Assembly (NCBI GenBank): GCA_964252035.1
Contig: OZ176208.1
Reading direction: 5' to 3' (one strand)
Source: Podarcis erhardii
Lineage: Eukaryota
Length of the DNA: 64,000 nucleotides
Part shown: positions 32,879 to 44,420 of the stretch, in pieces
How the letters are laid out: each line of letters opens with the position of its first letter
Numbering within the stretch: position 1 is the stretch's first letter
Notes under the pieces: model-generated
Databases searched by the model: none
The model's input: only the letters and a program-made list of their open reading frames with translations
Told to the model about the DNA's origin: nothing
Program-made: the position numbers and the translations under genes

Positions 32879-32883
<5 letters not shown>

Positions 32884-32925
<42 letters not shown>
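32884..32925. repeat. (AG)n microsatellite
   Basis: Direct reading. Confidence 0.95.
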
Positions 32926-32929
<4 letters not shown>

Positions 32930-33037
32930 CCCCCCCTCCTTCCCTGACACCCAGGATGCAGCCTTGAGACATGGGCCATGAGATCAGCAGCACTGGGAAC
33001 ATCTCGTTAACTTTGCAGAATGACAGTCTGGTTACAT

Positions 33038-33189
33038 CAGTGGTGTCCAGACTTTTTCCAAAGAGGACCAGTTTCCAACCAAAGGGCCAACCAAACTTGT
33101 CAACCTTTATTTAGGATTGAAGCTGTTGAGCTTCTTTTAGGATTAAACTGACCGGATTAGGCCCCCGAAACAGACTTTGGACATGCCTG
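33038..33189 (+). mobile_element. hAT-type MITE
   Basis: Perfect 8-bp TSD GGTTACAT (33030-33037, 33190-33197); ends CAGTGGTGTCCAGAC...CTTTGGACATGCCTG. Confidence 0.85.
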
Positions 33190-34837
33190 GGTTACATGAA
33201 CAAAGTCACAAATTAAGGTTCAATGGAGAGGATGGTCCCTAACGCAAGGTGGAGAGAGCCCGACCCTTCCATTATTTTTTTCTGCACCCCAGAATCCAAA
33301 ACCCGTCAGTCCTGTGTCCTCTCCCGCCTCCCAAGCCACATTCAAGTATTTCTTATCATTCAGAAACTTCCTGGAATCTTTTTAGTCCATCTCTCTTGGT
33401 ACAAGCAGGACTAAAAAAGTAAAAGTATAACTACATATTTGATGCTAACTCCTAGGCATGCGTCCAGCTTTTCTCTTCTGATAGCTTATATGTCTTCTGC
33501 ATCTTTGCAAGGGAGGAGGATGGGGAGAAAACCAGAATAAGTTGACTCAGCCCCCAGTGACCCCCCCCCCCGCCAACTCCAGTTCCCATTAGCTGCCCTG
33601 CCTACAGCTCCATCAGCTCCAATGGTTACTACAGCTAAGAACATGTTACCAACTCAGATACTGATGAGATGCTAAAAGAATTCAGTTAGCTGAAGTGGAA
33701 ATGCCGTAATAATGGCACTACTGTCACATGAACTGGGTAGATGTAAATTTGAGCCATGACAGAGAATAAAAATTTCTAGATACAATGGACAATTGTGACT
33801 TAGCCATGCAGCTGACAAGAGAAGAAGCAATCATTGATTTACTCCCTTAGTGGTGGTGAGAATCTGCTGCAAGACAGTTGTTGTTTTTAAAAAAAACAAC
33901 CACCAAAACACAAATCTGTTGAGAGTTGTGCACATGCACCGACACCCTTTTATTAATGTTTAATTGTGAAAGAGACAGAATGGGGGAGGGAAAGCAACAC
34001 TGGTCTTTGGAAAAGTGGAGAGGGGGGGAGAAGTCTTTTTATCTTTGTCTTGTCTTACTTAGAGACAGATCTCTTGCAATATTTGGCGCCTGGCAGAGGC
34101 ATTTTATCCACTCAGAGGTTTGTAGTTTTCTTTGTTGCTTGCTTTGTTTTTCTCTGAGGTGTGTGTATGTTAGAGTTTTGGCAGGCTTTGCTAAGCTGAT
34201 GCCCTCCTGATGGGACTTGTAGTCCAAAAACACATCAAGGGCAATAGCTTGGCAAAGGCTGAGCTTAGGTGTTGGGTGTATTGTGATGCCGACACATCAA
34301 CAGAAATCAAGTTAAGCTCCTAGGGTGACCAAGTAAAAAAAAAAAAAAAAGGACCAGGCTCTTGTACCTTTTAGAAGTTGTGCAAAAGAGGGAATTTCTG
34401 CAGGCAAACTGCATCTGATTAAATTTCATCTTCTGCAAACCTCTTAACGCTGCAGGGGCCCCATTCTCCTCCCTGCACCCCCAGCCAGCCTGTTCTTGCT
34501 TCCTACTAATCTGTAGACAACAGCACAATTTATTCCAAACTGGCTGAAGCCAGCACAGCCTTTTATTATTAGCAGATATCTTATGCACACCTATCTAGAA
34601 ATAAGCCCCACTGAACCGTGTGGAACTTACTTTATAGGTAAACTTGCAAGGGCAGAGCATGTTACATTAATTTCAAAAAGTGTCAGTAAGGCTGTAAATA
34701 GGCATAATATTATATTGAAAATTAAATTAAAAAGGAATCTCTACTTCACTGAAAATACCATTCATGAATATAGAATGGTAAAATAACTAAGCCTCCTTCA
34801 TAGTGTTGTGAGTTTTTTTGGGGTGGTGGTAGGTTTG

Positions 34838-35061
34838 TGTTGTAAATCCTGGATTCAGCATGGATTAAATTGTTGAAACAGCCAGACCCATTCAAGTTGT
34901 GTGTATATATATGTAAACAAACCATATATCATAAAGACACCACAGTCTGCAATGCCCCTCATTCCAAGGAAATCATACCCTGGGTAAGTGTCTGGAACCC
35001 CAGGAATTTTGCACAGCTCAGAGATTGGGGTGGTGCGCAACACTGGTGTCAAAAGTGGGAT
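34838..35061 (+). mobile_element. LTR retrotransposon remnant: 5' LTR end plus tRNA-Leu(CAA) primer-binding site
   Basis: ...GCGCAACA (LTR end, 35042), then C, then TGGTGTCAAAAGTGGGAT (35044-35061), a 17/18 match to the complement of the tRNA-Leu-CAA 3' end. The block ATATCATAAAGACACCACAGTC...CTCATTCCAAGGAAA recurs at ~35446-35640. The left boundary is approximate. Confidence 0.6.
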
Positions 35062-35475
35062 TTGTGTTTCCAGAAGAAGGACCTGTGAGTGAGGTGTGCC
35101 TGAGCTGAAATGGAGGGAGGTAGAGTTGTGTGCGGGGGGGGGGGGGTTTGGAGGGGGGTTGAACACTAATGGAAGATCCCCTTTTTGAATTAACCAGGCA
35201 AGGGCCATAATGGCCCTAAGTATGGGTCATTGCTCTGTGCCAGAGGGCAAATGGGTGGGCCCCTCCCTCACCTTCCTGGTAGCTAGAGTTGGGGTCTGTG
35301 TGAGAGAGCTGGGTTAGAAGCAGGCAGAAGCCAGGAAGTCAGAGCCATGCTTGATTTCTGCTTGAACCCAAGGCTAGGACAATGGAAGAAGCAAGACCTC
35401 TTGGGGTGTTAATGCTGTGAGCCCTTCCATCATCAGCTCAGGAAATAAACCGTATATCATAAAGACACCACAGTC

Positions 35476-35566
35476 AAAACAAAAAAAAAATCCTTCCAGT
35501 AGCACCTTAAAGACCAACTAAGTCAGTTCTTGGTATGAGCTTTCGTGTGCATGCACACTTCTTCAG
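35476..35566 (-). mobile_element. 91-bp Penelope-like terminal-repeat fragment with a minimal hammerhead ribozyme core
   Basis: Perfect 15-bp TSD AAAGACACCACAGTC (35461-35475, 35567-35581); the minus strand reads CTGAAGA-A-GTGTGC-AT-GCACAC-GAAA-GC-TC. Confidence 0.72.
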
Positions 35567-35579
35567 AAAGACACCACAG

Positions 35580-36447
35580 TCTCTCCTGCTTCTCATTCCA
35601 AGGAAACTGGACCCTGTGTAAGTTCCTGGAGCCCCATAGTACATATGCTAAAGTCACATGACTTCACCCTGGACTTTTACACCTCTGAGGCATATTTTTA
35701 GGACCGCCCCCCATCCTCTGATAGTTAATTGTTTTAAGATGTTAATTGGCAGAGGCTGGTTCATTTGGGCCAATGCGGCAGTGACCCACTAACCTTAGTC
35801 TGCCCTTAAGGAGGCCAAACCTTCCTCCCTTCTTACTTACAACCAGTCGAATGGGGTAGCCTTGGCAGTTAGCTTCCTCCACTTTCCTTAGTCTGTGTGT
35901 TGCCCTTGTAGAACTCAGCTGAGGGGAGCGGGGGGGGGGGGGGACGGACGACGGACGGACAATAATTAATTGGCTCCAGCTCCAACCCCTGACGGCCCCT
36001 CGGCCTACCACCCTACCCATCCCAATGGGGACCAGGCACCTCTGATTTCATGTTTGCAGTTTTACATTGCTGTAATCTGCCCCAGAGCCTTATAGTGAAG
36101 GGCAAGTAAGGAACCCAATTTACCAGACCCTCCAAGTGTCACTATTTTCCAGGGACAGTCCCGAATTTAAAAAAGCCGTCTTGGTTTCTGATTTGATCCC
36201 AGAATGTCCCATTTTTCCTTAGGACGTCCCTATTTTCATTGGAGAAATGTTGGAGGGTATGGTAGGACTTCCCTATTTTCATCTGAGGGTATGGAGTTAT
36301 CCGACCCCCAAGCCAACAAGATAAGTAACTATGCAACCTTTAGAAGACATCTGAAGTATTTTCTAATGTTTAATGTTTTATTATGTTTTTATATTTGTTG
36401 GAAGCCACCTAGAGTAGATGGGGCAACCCAGTCAGATGGGCAGGGTA

Positions 36448-36493
<46 letters not shown>

Positions 36494-36786
36494 CTAATGG
36501 AATAGGATGTCCCTGTTTTCATCAGACACATGTTGGAGGGTATTAATTTACTAGTACTAAACCACTACTGCATAGATGGGATAAAGCAGATCCTTTTGTC
36601 AGAATCTGAGCAAATATTGAGCTACAGGCTCCTTACCATGCAATCGTATTTTTTCATCTATCACTTCCTTTTGTACATCTGTTTTAGAATACAGAAGGCC
36701 TAGCAATTTATTGTTGTTAGGTGCCCTGAGCCCGGCTTCGGCTGGGGAGGGCGGGATATAAATAAATAATAATAATAATAATAATA

Positions 36787-36818
<32 letters not shown>

Positions 36819-37281
36819 AATGTTTTTTGTGTTAACTTGGATAGATATTATTATAACTGTATGTATTTATGCATATATGTATGAATGCTTGTATAAAGAC
36901 ACACTATCACAAGAAAATTGTCTCTCCTGCTTCTCATTCCAAGGAAACTGGACCCTGTGTAAGTTCCTGGAGCCCCATAGTACATATGCTAAAGTCACAT
37001 GACTTCACCCTGGACTTTTACACCTCTGAGGCATATTTTTAGGACCGCCCCCCATCCTCTGATAGTTAATTGTTTTAAGATGTTAATTGGCAGAGGCTGG
37101 TTCATTTGGGCCAATGCGGCAGTGACCCACTAACCTTAGTCTGCCCTTAAGGAGGCCAAACCTATTTTTTCATCTATCACTTCCTTTTGTACATCTGTTT
37201 TAGAATACAGAAGGCCTAGCAATTTATTGTTGTTAGGTGCCCTGAGCCCGGCTTCGGCTGGGGGGGGCGGGATATAAATAA

Positions 37282-37319
<38 letters not shown>

Positions 37320-37421
37320 AATGTTTTTTGTGTTAACTTGGATAGATATTATTATAACTGTATGTATTTATGCATATATGTATGAATGCTTGTATAAAGA
37401 CACACTATCACAAGAAAATTG
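35580..37421. repeat. Complex local duplication X-U-Y-X'-Y'
   Basis: X 35580-35822 = X' 36921-37163 (243 bp). Y 36648-36920 matches Y' 37164-37421, differing by one substitution and microsatellite length. Confidence 0.9.
36125..36543. mobile_element. MITE-like repeat with inverted ends containing an L2-type 3' tail and (ATT)n
   Basis: AGACCCTCCAA (36125) versus TTGGAGGGTAT (36533-36543); three internal GGA.GTCCCT.TTTTCAT...GAGGGTAT units; (ATT)n at ~36447-36491. Confidence 0.6.
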
Positions 37422-38484
37422 GATACCAGGCAGAAAAATCGAAATTAGAAACAGAATTGTTAGAACCGAAAACTAAGGTTTTGTCAAAGATGTATAACTT
37501 GCTGCTGAAATGGAACACTCAGGATGAAACGGTGAAGTCTGCTATGATTAAATGGGCACAGGATGTTGGACATAATATTATGTTTGCTGACTGGGAACAG
37601 TTATGGACCACCGGTATGAAATTTACGGCATGTAATGCCTTAAGAGAGAATATTATGAAAATGATTTACAGGTGGTACATGACCCCAGTCAAGCTTGCAA
37701 AAATTTATCACTTGCCCGATAATAAATGTTGGAAGTGTAAAGAGACTGAAGGTACATTCTTTCACCTTTGGTGGACGTGCCCAAGGAATAAGGCTTTCTG
37801 GGAGATGATCTATAATGAAATGAAAAAGGTATTTAAATATACCTTCTTGAAGAAACCAGAGGCCTTTCTCCTGGGCATGGTTGGCCAATTGGTGCCAAAG
37901 AAGGATAGAACTTTTTTAATGTATGCGACAACAGCAGCAAGAATACTCATCGCAAAATATTGGAAGACACAAGATCTACCCACTCTGAAAGAATGGCAGA
38001 TGAAGATGATGGACTATATGGGATTGGCAGAAATGACTGGCAGAATCCGAGACCAGGGAAAAGAGTCGGCAGAAGAAGATTGGAAGAAGTTTAAAGACTA
38101 TTTGCAGAAATATTGTAAAATTAATGAATGTTAGAATGATGTTGGACAGAAATTAAGTGGTTTCCAGCTGTAATGTTTTAAGAGATATGGAAAATAAGGT
38201 TTTGAATTAAGTAAAAATTAATGGTGAGGATTTGCTGAATTTATAATCTGAATTGGAATATAAGAAAGGGAGGTATGAGGAGGTCCGGAAAATAAGTTAA
38301 AAGAAAATAGGTAAAGGGAAATTCTATATGTTTTTTAGTTGTTTTTATATTTTTCTCTTTTTTTGTATTTTTGTATTTTTGTTATTTCTTTTTTGTTGTT
38401 TAATAATGTATTATTCTGGAAAATTTCAATAAATATCTATATATCTATATATCTATCTATCTATCTATCTATATATATATATAT
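37411..38484 (+). mobile_element. 5'-truncated L1 LINE (ORF2 C-terminus + 3' UTR)
   Basis: 13-bp TSD AGACACACTATCA (37398-37410, 38485-38497). ORF to 38134 with the CCHC knuckle CWKC-x8-H-x4-C and L1 motifs AARILIAKYWK and EW..KM. AATAAA at 38428-38433. Confidence 0.92.
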
Positions 38485-40080
38485 AGACACACTATCAATC
38501 AAATGTTGTGAAAAAGAAAAAGAAAACCCAAACTTGATAAACAAAGGACCCACACATTATCTTCACTATGCTGCCTACTAAAGTGCAACCAGCTTGTTCA
38601 GAGGCTTGAAGCAGATTCCTGCTCCGAAGTGTGTCCCACTGAATTCAATGGGGCTTCTTGCTGGGTAATTGAGTATAGCATTGCAATAAGGCCAGCAGGC
38701 CAGAGACGTTCTCGCTGGCCCCTGGCATGCAGCCTGACACATAAATAGCATCCAGTCATTGAATATTGCTGGCGGGGAGAAGAAAATTGCTTCTGATTAG
38801 ACAGTAACAAGTAGTAGATTTTCTGATCAGGAGCTAGTGAGAACTTTGGGTTTCTGCACAGAACCATCAATGGCCCACAGCCACTGTTAAACTGTCCATG
38901 ATGTTAGAAATCATTCCCCAAACAGGTACCGTAACTACTGTTTTTTTTTAATGCTCTTTTGCTAGCTATCTTACTCCATGCTCCACTAGATGTGCTTTCG
39001 ACATGAAAATGAGCTTTTTGATTGTGCGAGCAGGTCTGCCATGGATGCTTATTAGCTTCTTCAGTTTATATCCTGCACTGCAGCATTATCCAAGCATCAG
39101 AATCCATCATGAACTGTTGCGTCCTTGTTCCCGCGTCAGCCCACGAGGAAGTGCAGCTTTGTATTGCCTCCGTGAGCGGAGAATGGTAGTGAGGAGACAA
39201 GAGATGGGTGAAAGAAACAGATGGAAGAGTGTGAAGCAACAAAGAGTTTATTGTGAGCAGCACGACAAGCTGCGATCCTGGCAAACCAGCTGCCGAGCTA
39301 CTGCCAAAGATTTGTAGACATAACGGCAGAGGAGACATTCTAAGGAGAAGTGAGGGGGACAATGGAATCTCTTCGCAGCTATTTATCGTAGACTTCCATA
39401 GCAGTGATTTCATTGGAAGGAGCTACAGGAGTTGTGCCAGGACAGCTTTGGAATGAAAGGGTGGGAAAACTTAGTATTTTAACATTTTATCATCCCTGAG
39501 AGACCTTCCTCTTTCCTTGCATCAGTTTCCTTAATGTGTGTTTCTTACACTTAACTGCTCATAGTGGGAGGTGTGAAATATATGTAATATTCAGAAGCTT
39601 GGGTGATGCAGGACGGTATTGTGAGCTCCTGTGGGGTGATATTGGGGGCCAAAGTTAGCTTCAAGAGAATCTTGGCTTTCATATAATATTGAATGTAATG
39701 CACACCTATTTTGGCCAAATTACATAGAGGAAATTAAGGTGCACCAACAAAAACTTTTTTGGTTTCAAGGTTTTGAAAATTGAGGTGCGCATTAGATTTG
39801 ATGGTGCATTAGATTCTCCTAAATGCAGTAATAAAAAGTTTCTGTCCCTTGAAGCTGCAAAGATAGTCTTGAAAGTGTGTTGGTGATTCTAGCTGAAATC
39901 AGAGCAGCTGAAGTTGCTGAAGTCTGTAGAGTTGTGTGTAATCCTGCAGGAGATGTTAACCAGGCTGTCAACCATGCATAGGTGTGTGCATAAACATCTG
40001 AAGCAAGGGAGACTGAGAACTGTGACTTGCTCAGCTCAGGACAGCAGAACTCTGCTTTGCCACCAGTGATATCCAGCCTA

Positions 40081-40294
40081 TGGTGGTACCTCTGGTTAAG
40101 AACTTAATTCATTCCGGAGGTCCGTTCTTAACCTGAGGTACCACTTTAGCTAATGGGGCCTCTAGTTGCCGCTGCACGATTTCTGTTCTCATCCTGAAGC
40201 AAAGTTCTTAACCCAAGGTACCATTTCTGGGTTAGCGGAATCTGTAACCTGAAGCGTCTGTAACCTGAAGCGTCTGTAACCCGAGGTACCACTG
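40081..40294 (-). mobile_element. Tc1/mariner-type MITE (inverted copy of the 20057/24120 family)
   Basis: TA|TGGTGGTACCTCTGGTTAAG...GTAACCCGAGGTACCACTG|TA. Confidence 0.85.
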
Positions 40295-40365
40295 TACTTC
40301 AAAATCAAGGGGCGGAAACCAAATATTTATAACCAGGTACCTTCTAGCTCATATATTCTTGACAT

Positions 40366-40516
40366 CAGTGCTCCCCCCCCCCAAAAAAAAAAATGTTTAG
40401 GGGATATTCTCATTTTCCTACTCATATTGAAATACTGTCCTTAATGAGGCCAAACTTAGATTCACAAAATGTTTAGGGGTATGCGTTCCCCTGCGTCCCC
40501 CCAGAAAAAAGCACTG
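40366..40516. mobile_element. hAT-type MITE
   Basis: CAGTGCT...AGCACTG ends; TSD CTTGACAT/CTTGACAG (7/8). Confidence 0.75.
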
Positions 40517-41314
40517 CTTGACAGGAAGCTGTTGTCTACTGTATTGCCTGATTCTACACCATAGGGACTGGGATATTTTACGATTCCTTCTGGGTTTAGC
40601 TTGAAGGTGTCTGCCTGAGGACTGTATTTCCCCCAGCTGAGTAGTTCAAACTCTTTGCTAAAGCAAAAAGCACCTTTTGGCCACCTCAAGTGTCTGCTGT
40701 CTCTGGAGTTGTCAAGGCAACAACTTTAGCATTTCCAAGGAATCTGTTGCAATAATCTTGGCCTCTGATCTTTTGACAGGCCTATAATGAAGGAGGAGTT
40801 TGTAAATGCTGACATAAACATTTTGAAAACCTAGAGAGGTGATTATTTAATGCTGTTTAGGAAGTCAGCCGATGCACAGTCAACAGAACAGTCTTCTGTG
40901 AAAATATTTACTCAAGCAAATTTCCTCAGGAGGAAACAAATGTCCGCTTTACAGTGGAACTTGACTATCAAGGGCCTTGTGTCACAAGGACTCTCCAAGT
41001 TCCTTTGCCTTTTTAGATCCCTATAATGTACATTTTTCTGCATAACACAGAGCCAAGCCAAAAGGTTTCTCAGTCAATTTTCTCTTTTTCATAACCAAGT
41101 CTTTGCTTTCCAAATGACGTAGCTTCGTTTCTACAAAAAGAGATGCTGAGGCTATCTGGAACCTTTCTCCTCCGACCTGACAACCAATCTCTGTACTTTC
41201 CCATTAGTGAGGGAAAGGACTCTGTGCCTGCGTAAAGGTATCTATTCTTCCTTGCTAAATTCCAAAGGAGAGCCTTGGCACTGCAAGCAGGTAGTCAAGG
41301 GATGAGGGGCTGGG

Positions 41315-41602
41315 GCACTTGTTTATTTCACTTGTTTTCTCCTGCTCTGGAGGGTAAGACTCGAACCAATGCCTTCAAGTTACAAGAAAGAAGATTCTGA
41401 CTTAACATTGGGAATAACTTTCTGACAGTAAGAGCTCTTTGGCAGTGGAACAGACTCCCTCAGGAGGTTGTGGACTCATCTTCTTTGGAGGTTTGTAAGC
41501 AGAGGTCAGATGGCCATCTGTCATGGGTGATTTAGTTGAGATTCCTGCATTTCAGGGGGTTGGACTAGATGACTCTTGGGGTCACTTCCAACTCTGCAAT
41601 TC
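41315..41602 (+). mobile_element. CR1 3' fragment (older subfamily)
   Basis: TTCAAGTTACAAGAAAGAAGATTC...TTTCTGACAGTAAGAGCT...GGACTAGATGAC...CCAACTCTGCAATTC. Confidence 0.85.
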
Positions 41603-42152
41603 CAGAGGACTTTGGATGTTGGCCCTCTTCCTTACTCAGGCTGGGGCCTTAGGAGTGGCCTCCAAGGGCCATTCATGGAGGAAAGTTGGTTTGTAAATTA
41701 CACCCGATCCCATGTTACTCTAAGATCCCTTTCCCTATTGTGTCAGCACAACAAGCCTGTGAGGTAAGTTGGGTTGAGCGATCATGAATGCCACAATGTG
41801 GTTCTCTCTTGTGTCCTATTCAGGCGTGCCTACGAGGGTGGTGGGACTGAGAGAGAGGTTTACCCAAAAGATATCAGAACCTGGGAATGCTCATGTAGAG
41901 AGGTATGGTCCTTCAGATGTCTGGATCTAAGCTGTATAGGGTTTTGTAAGTCAAAACCAGTGCTGTGAATCTTGCCCGGAAATGGAGAATTAGCCAGTGG
42001 AGCTATTGCAACAAGGCATTTCTGTTCTTCCTATAACTGGCTCCAGTCAGCAACCTGGCTGCAGCATCTCAGACCTGCTGAGGTTTCCAAACACTTTCCA
42101 AAGGAAGTTCCATGTAAAGTGTGTTACAGTAATCCCAACATGATGCAACCAA

Positions 42153-42291
42153 GGCTGCTGGAATAGCTCAGTTGGAAGATCATGAGACTCTTAATCTCAG
42201 AGTCATGGGTTTGAGCCCCACATTGCATTGCAGGGGGCTGGACTAGATGACCCTGGGCGTCCATTCCACCTCTACAATTCTGTGATTCTAT
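42153..42291 (+). mobile_element. tRNA-derived SINE with CR1 tail (Squam3-like)
   Basis: ATAGCTCAGTTGG...ATGAGACTCTTAATCTCAGAGTCATGGGTTTGAGCCCCAC head followed by GGACTAGATGACCC...ATTCTGTGATTCTATG. Confidence 0.8.
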
Positions 42292-42399
42292 GGCATATAT
42301 CAGTGTGGTCACATCAGACATCTCTAGGAACAGGTCAGCTGGTGCACTAAGTTTTACTGCAAATTAGTAAATTCTCTTCAAGCCACCATGGAAACTTGG

Positions 42400-42615
42400 G
42401 TGTCTAGACTAAGCATTGAATCTCGGAGTACACGCAAGAGGAATAACCTGAGTTTTCAGGAGGAGAGGAACCCCATCTAGTATGGGTTGAATCCCTGTTC
42501 TTTGATCTGCTTTTTGACTGATTAGGCGCACCCCTGTCTTGTCTGAATTCAGCTTCAATTTGTTCTCCACAATCCAGTCCATTACTGATGGATACTGGCT
42601 TAGCACGGAAACAGC
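42400..42615 (-). mobile_element. L2 RT fragment
   Basis: MDWIVENKLKLNSDKT...QPILDGVPLLLKTQV matches the L2 W(M)..NKLKLNPDKT motif. Confidence 0.75.
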
Positions 42616-43185
42616 CTCCTCAGATGCAGATGGAAAGGAGAGATAAAGTTGGGCACTAGCGTATTGGTAGCGAGACTGTTTAGCATGGTTTAAAAAGTGA
42701 GGGGGAGAAGATCAGTTCAGCTGAGGATTCTTCTGCCACCCCAGTCCAATGGTGGCTGTAGAAAGAAACTGTGCTCCCCCCCTCCGCCCCTTGCACTGCA
42801 CATTGTAAGTCAAAAACCCTTGTTCCACCAGGAAGGCCATTACTCCTGGAGCAATTTCCAATAGTAGCTGGAGTGCTCCAAATGTCCTCGGGGGGTGGAA
42901 TCCATCACGCAGTGTGCTGAATCCCGTCAAGGAAGCCTGGGAGAAAGGGTCAAGTGGTCCGCTGCCATGCTGTTGGAGCTCATCAGAGACATATTTAATT
43001 TAATTAAGGTTGTCAGTGCTATTGATTTTGGCAGTTTCAATTACTGTGCTGTTACGGCTTCTGGATCTACTGATCTGTGATGAGCCATATCAGCACCAGC
43101 ACACATGGAGGAAAAAGCCCTTTGTCTCCTTTAAAAGCTGACACATCTGCCATCGGCCATAACTTATTACTTTTATCCAGCCCAG

Positions 43186-43341
43186 NNNNNNNNNNNNNNN
43201 NNNNNNNNNNNNNNNNNNNNNNNNNNNNNNNNNNNNNNNNNNNNNNNNNNNNNNNNNNNNNNNNNNNNNNNNNNNNNNNNNNNNNNNNNNNNNNNNNNNN
43301 NNNNNNNNNNNNNNNNNNNNNNNNNNNNNNNNNNNNNNNNN
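43186..43341. other. Assembly gap (156 N)
   Basis: Run of N. Confidence 1.
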
Positions 43342-43999
43342 CAAGATAAAGTAAAACACTTTAAGGATTGTCAGCTTTTTAAATTATAAATTAGGTTGTT
43401 TAAAGAGCATGGGCATTTAGGAAGCCGTTATCACACATTTAGTAATTATAAATCCTGGCCTCCAATACAATTATTGGGATTATATTTACAATTCCTCTTT
43501 GCTTCCCTCATCCCACAGTCTTGTTATTTAACTGTGTTACATCTTATTGCTGTTAGTCAAAAATAACTGAGTTCTGAGATAATGAAGGGTCTTTTACATG
43601 CATAATTGCACACCATAACTAACTCTGAAGAAGTCAATAAAGTTATGAAGTAATACTTGAAGTTACAAGCGAACAGCTGTAAACTAATACAAAACATCTC
43701 AGATATGTGTTTTCTTTCTTTCAGATTCTGGAGGGTTCTGGAGAACTGAGTCCTTTCCAATGGAGATAGTTGGTGCTGTGTCACTGCCAAAATCCTGTGG
43801 CAGGAAAATTGGACTACAGTTTCACCTTTGCCCTGAATTCAGTGAGTAGCTTTAGGTGGCCCTTTCTTCTGTTAGTCTGTGGTATGACCACATCACATAT
43901 GAGCACATTAGGAGATCTGTGGTGAGGTGTCACCAATGCGCTAAGGATACCCAGCTTTATTTCTGTGCAATATCTGCGTCAGAAGAGGTCATGCCAGCC

Positions 44000-44420
44000 C
44001 TGGACTCGCAGTGGTGGGCAGGATAAGAGCCAGCAAACTGATGCTGAATCCTGACAAGCTAAAAGTGTTGATGGCTCCCATGCCTGAGAGCTGGTCAACA
44101 GCTTGCTTTAGATGGTGTCGTTCTCCCCCTGAAGGAGCAGATATCTCTGTCACTAGACAGGTGACCTCAATGACTATGAGTGCCTTTTACGAACTTCAGC
44201 TAGAAGGCAGGTTTGTCCATTTCTGGGCTGGATAGCCTGATCACTGATGTCCATGCACTGTCGGGCTGGACTACTGCAATGCACTGTTTGTGGAGCTGCC
44301 CCTGAGATTGGCCTGGAAGCTGCAGCTAGTGCACTGGGGAGAAATAGTGCCACCAATATTCACCAGCTTCTGAAAGAATTTCACTAGCTGCCAGTTAGCT
44401 GCCAGGCTAAGCTCAAGGTG
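44000..44420 (+). mobile_element. L2 RT/C-terminal fragment (decayed)
   Basis: RASKLMLNPDKLKVL; GCTGGACTACTGCAATGCACTG (LDYCNAL); GGAAGCTGCAGCTAGTGC. Confidence 0.72.

Noticed and set aside
42153-42225. tRNA-like sequence (also ~15830 and ~53460)
   Set aside because: Degenerate tRNA-derived SINE heads fused to LINE-type tails; no intact cloverleaf.
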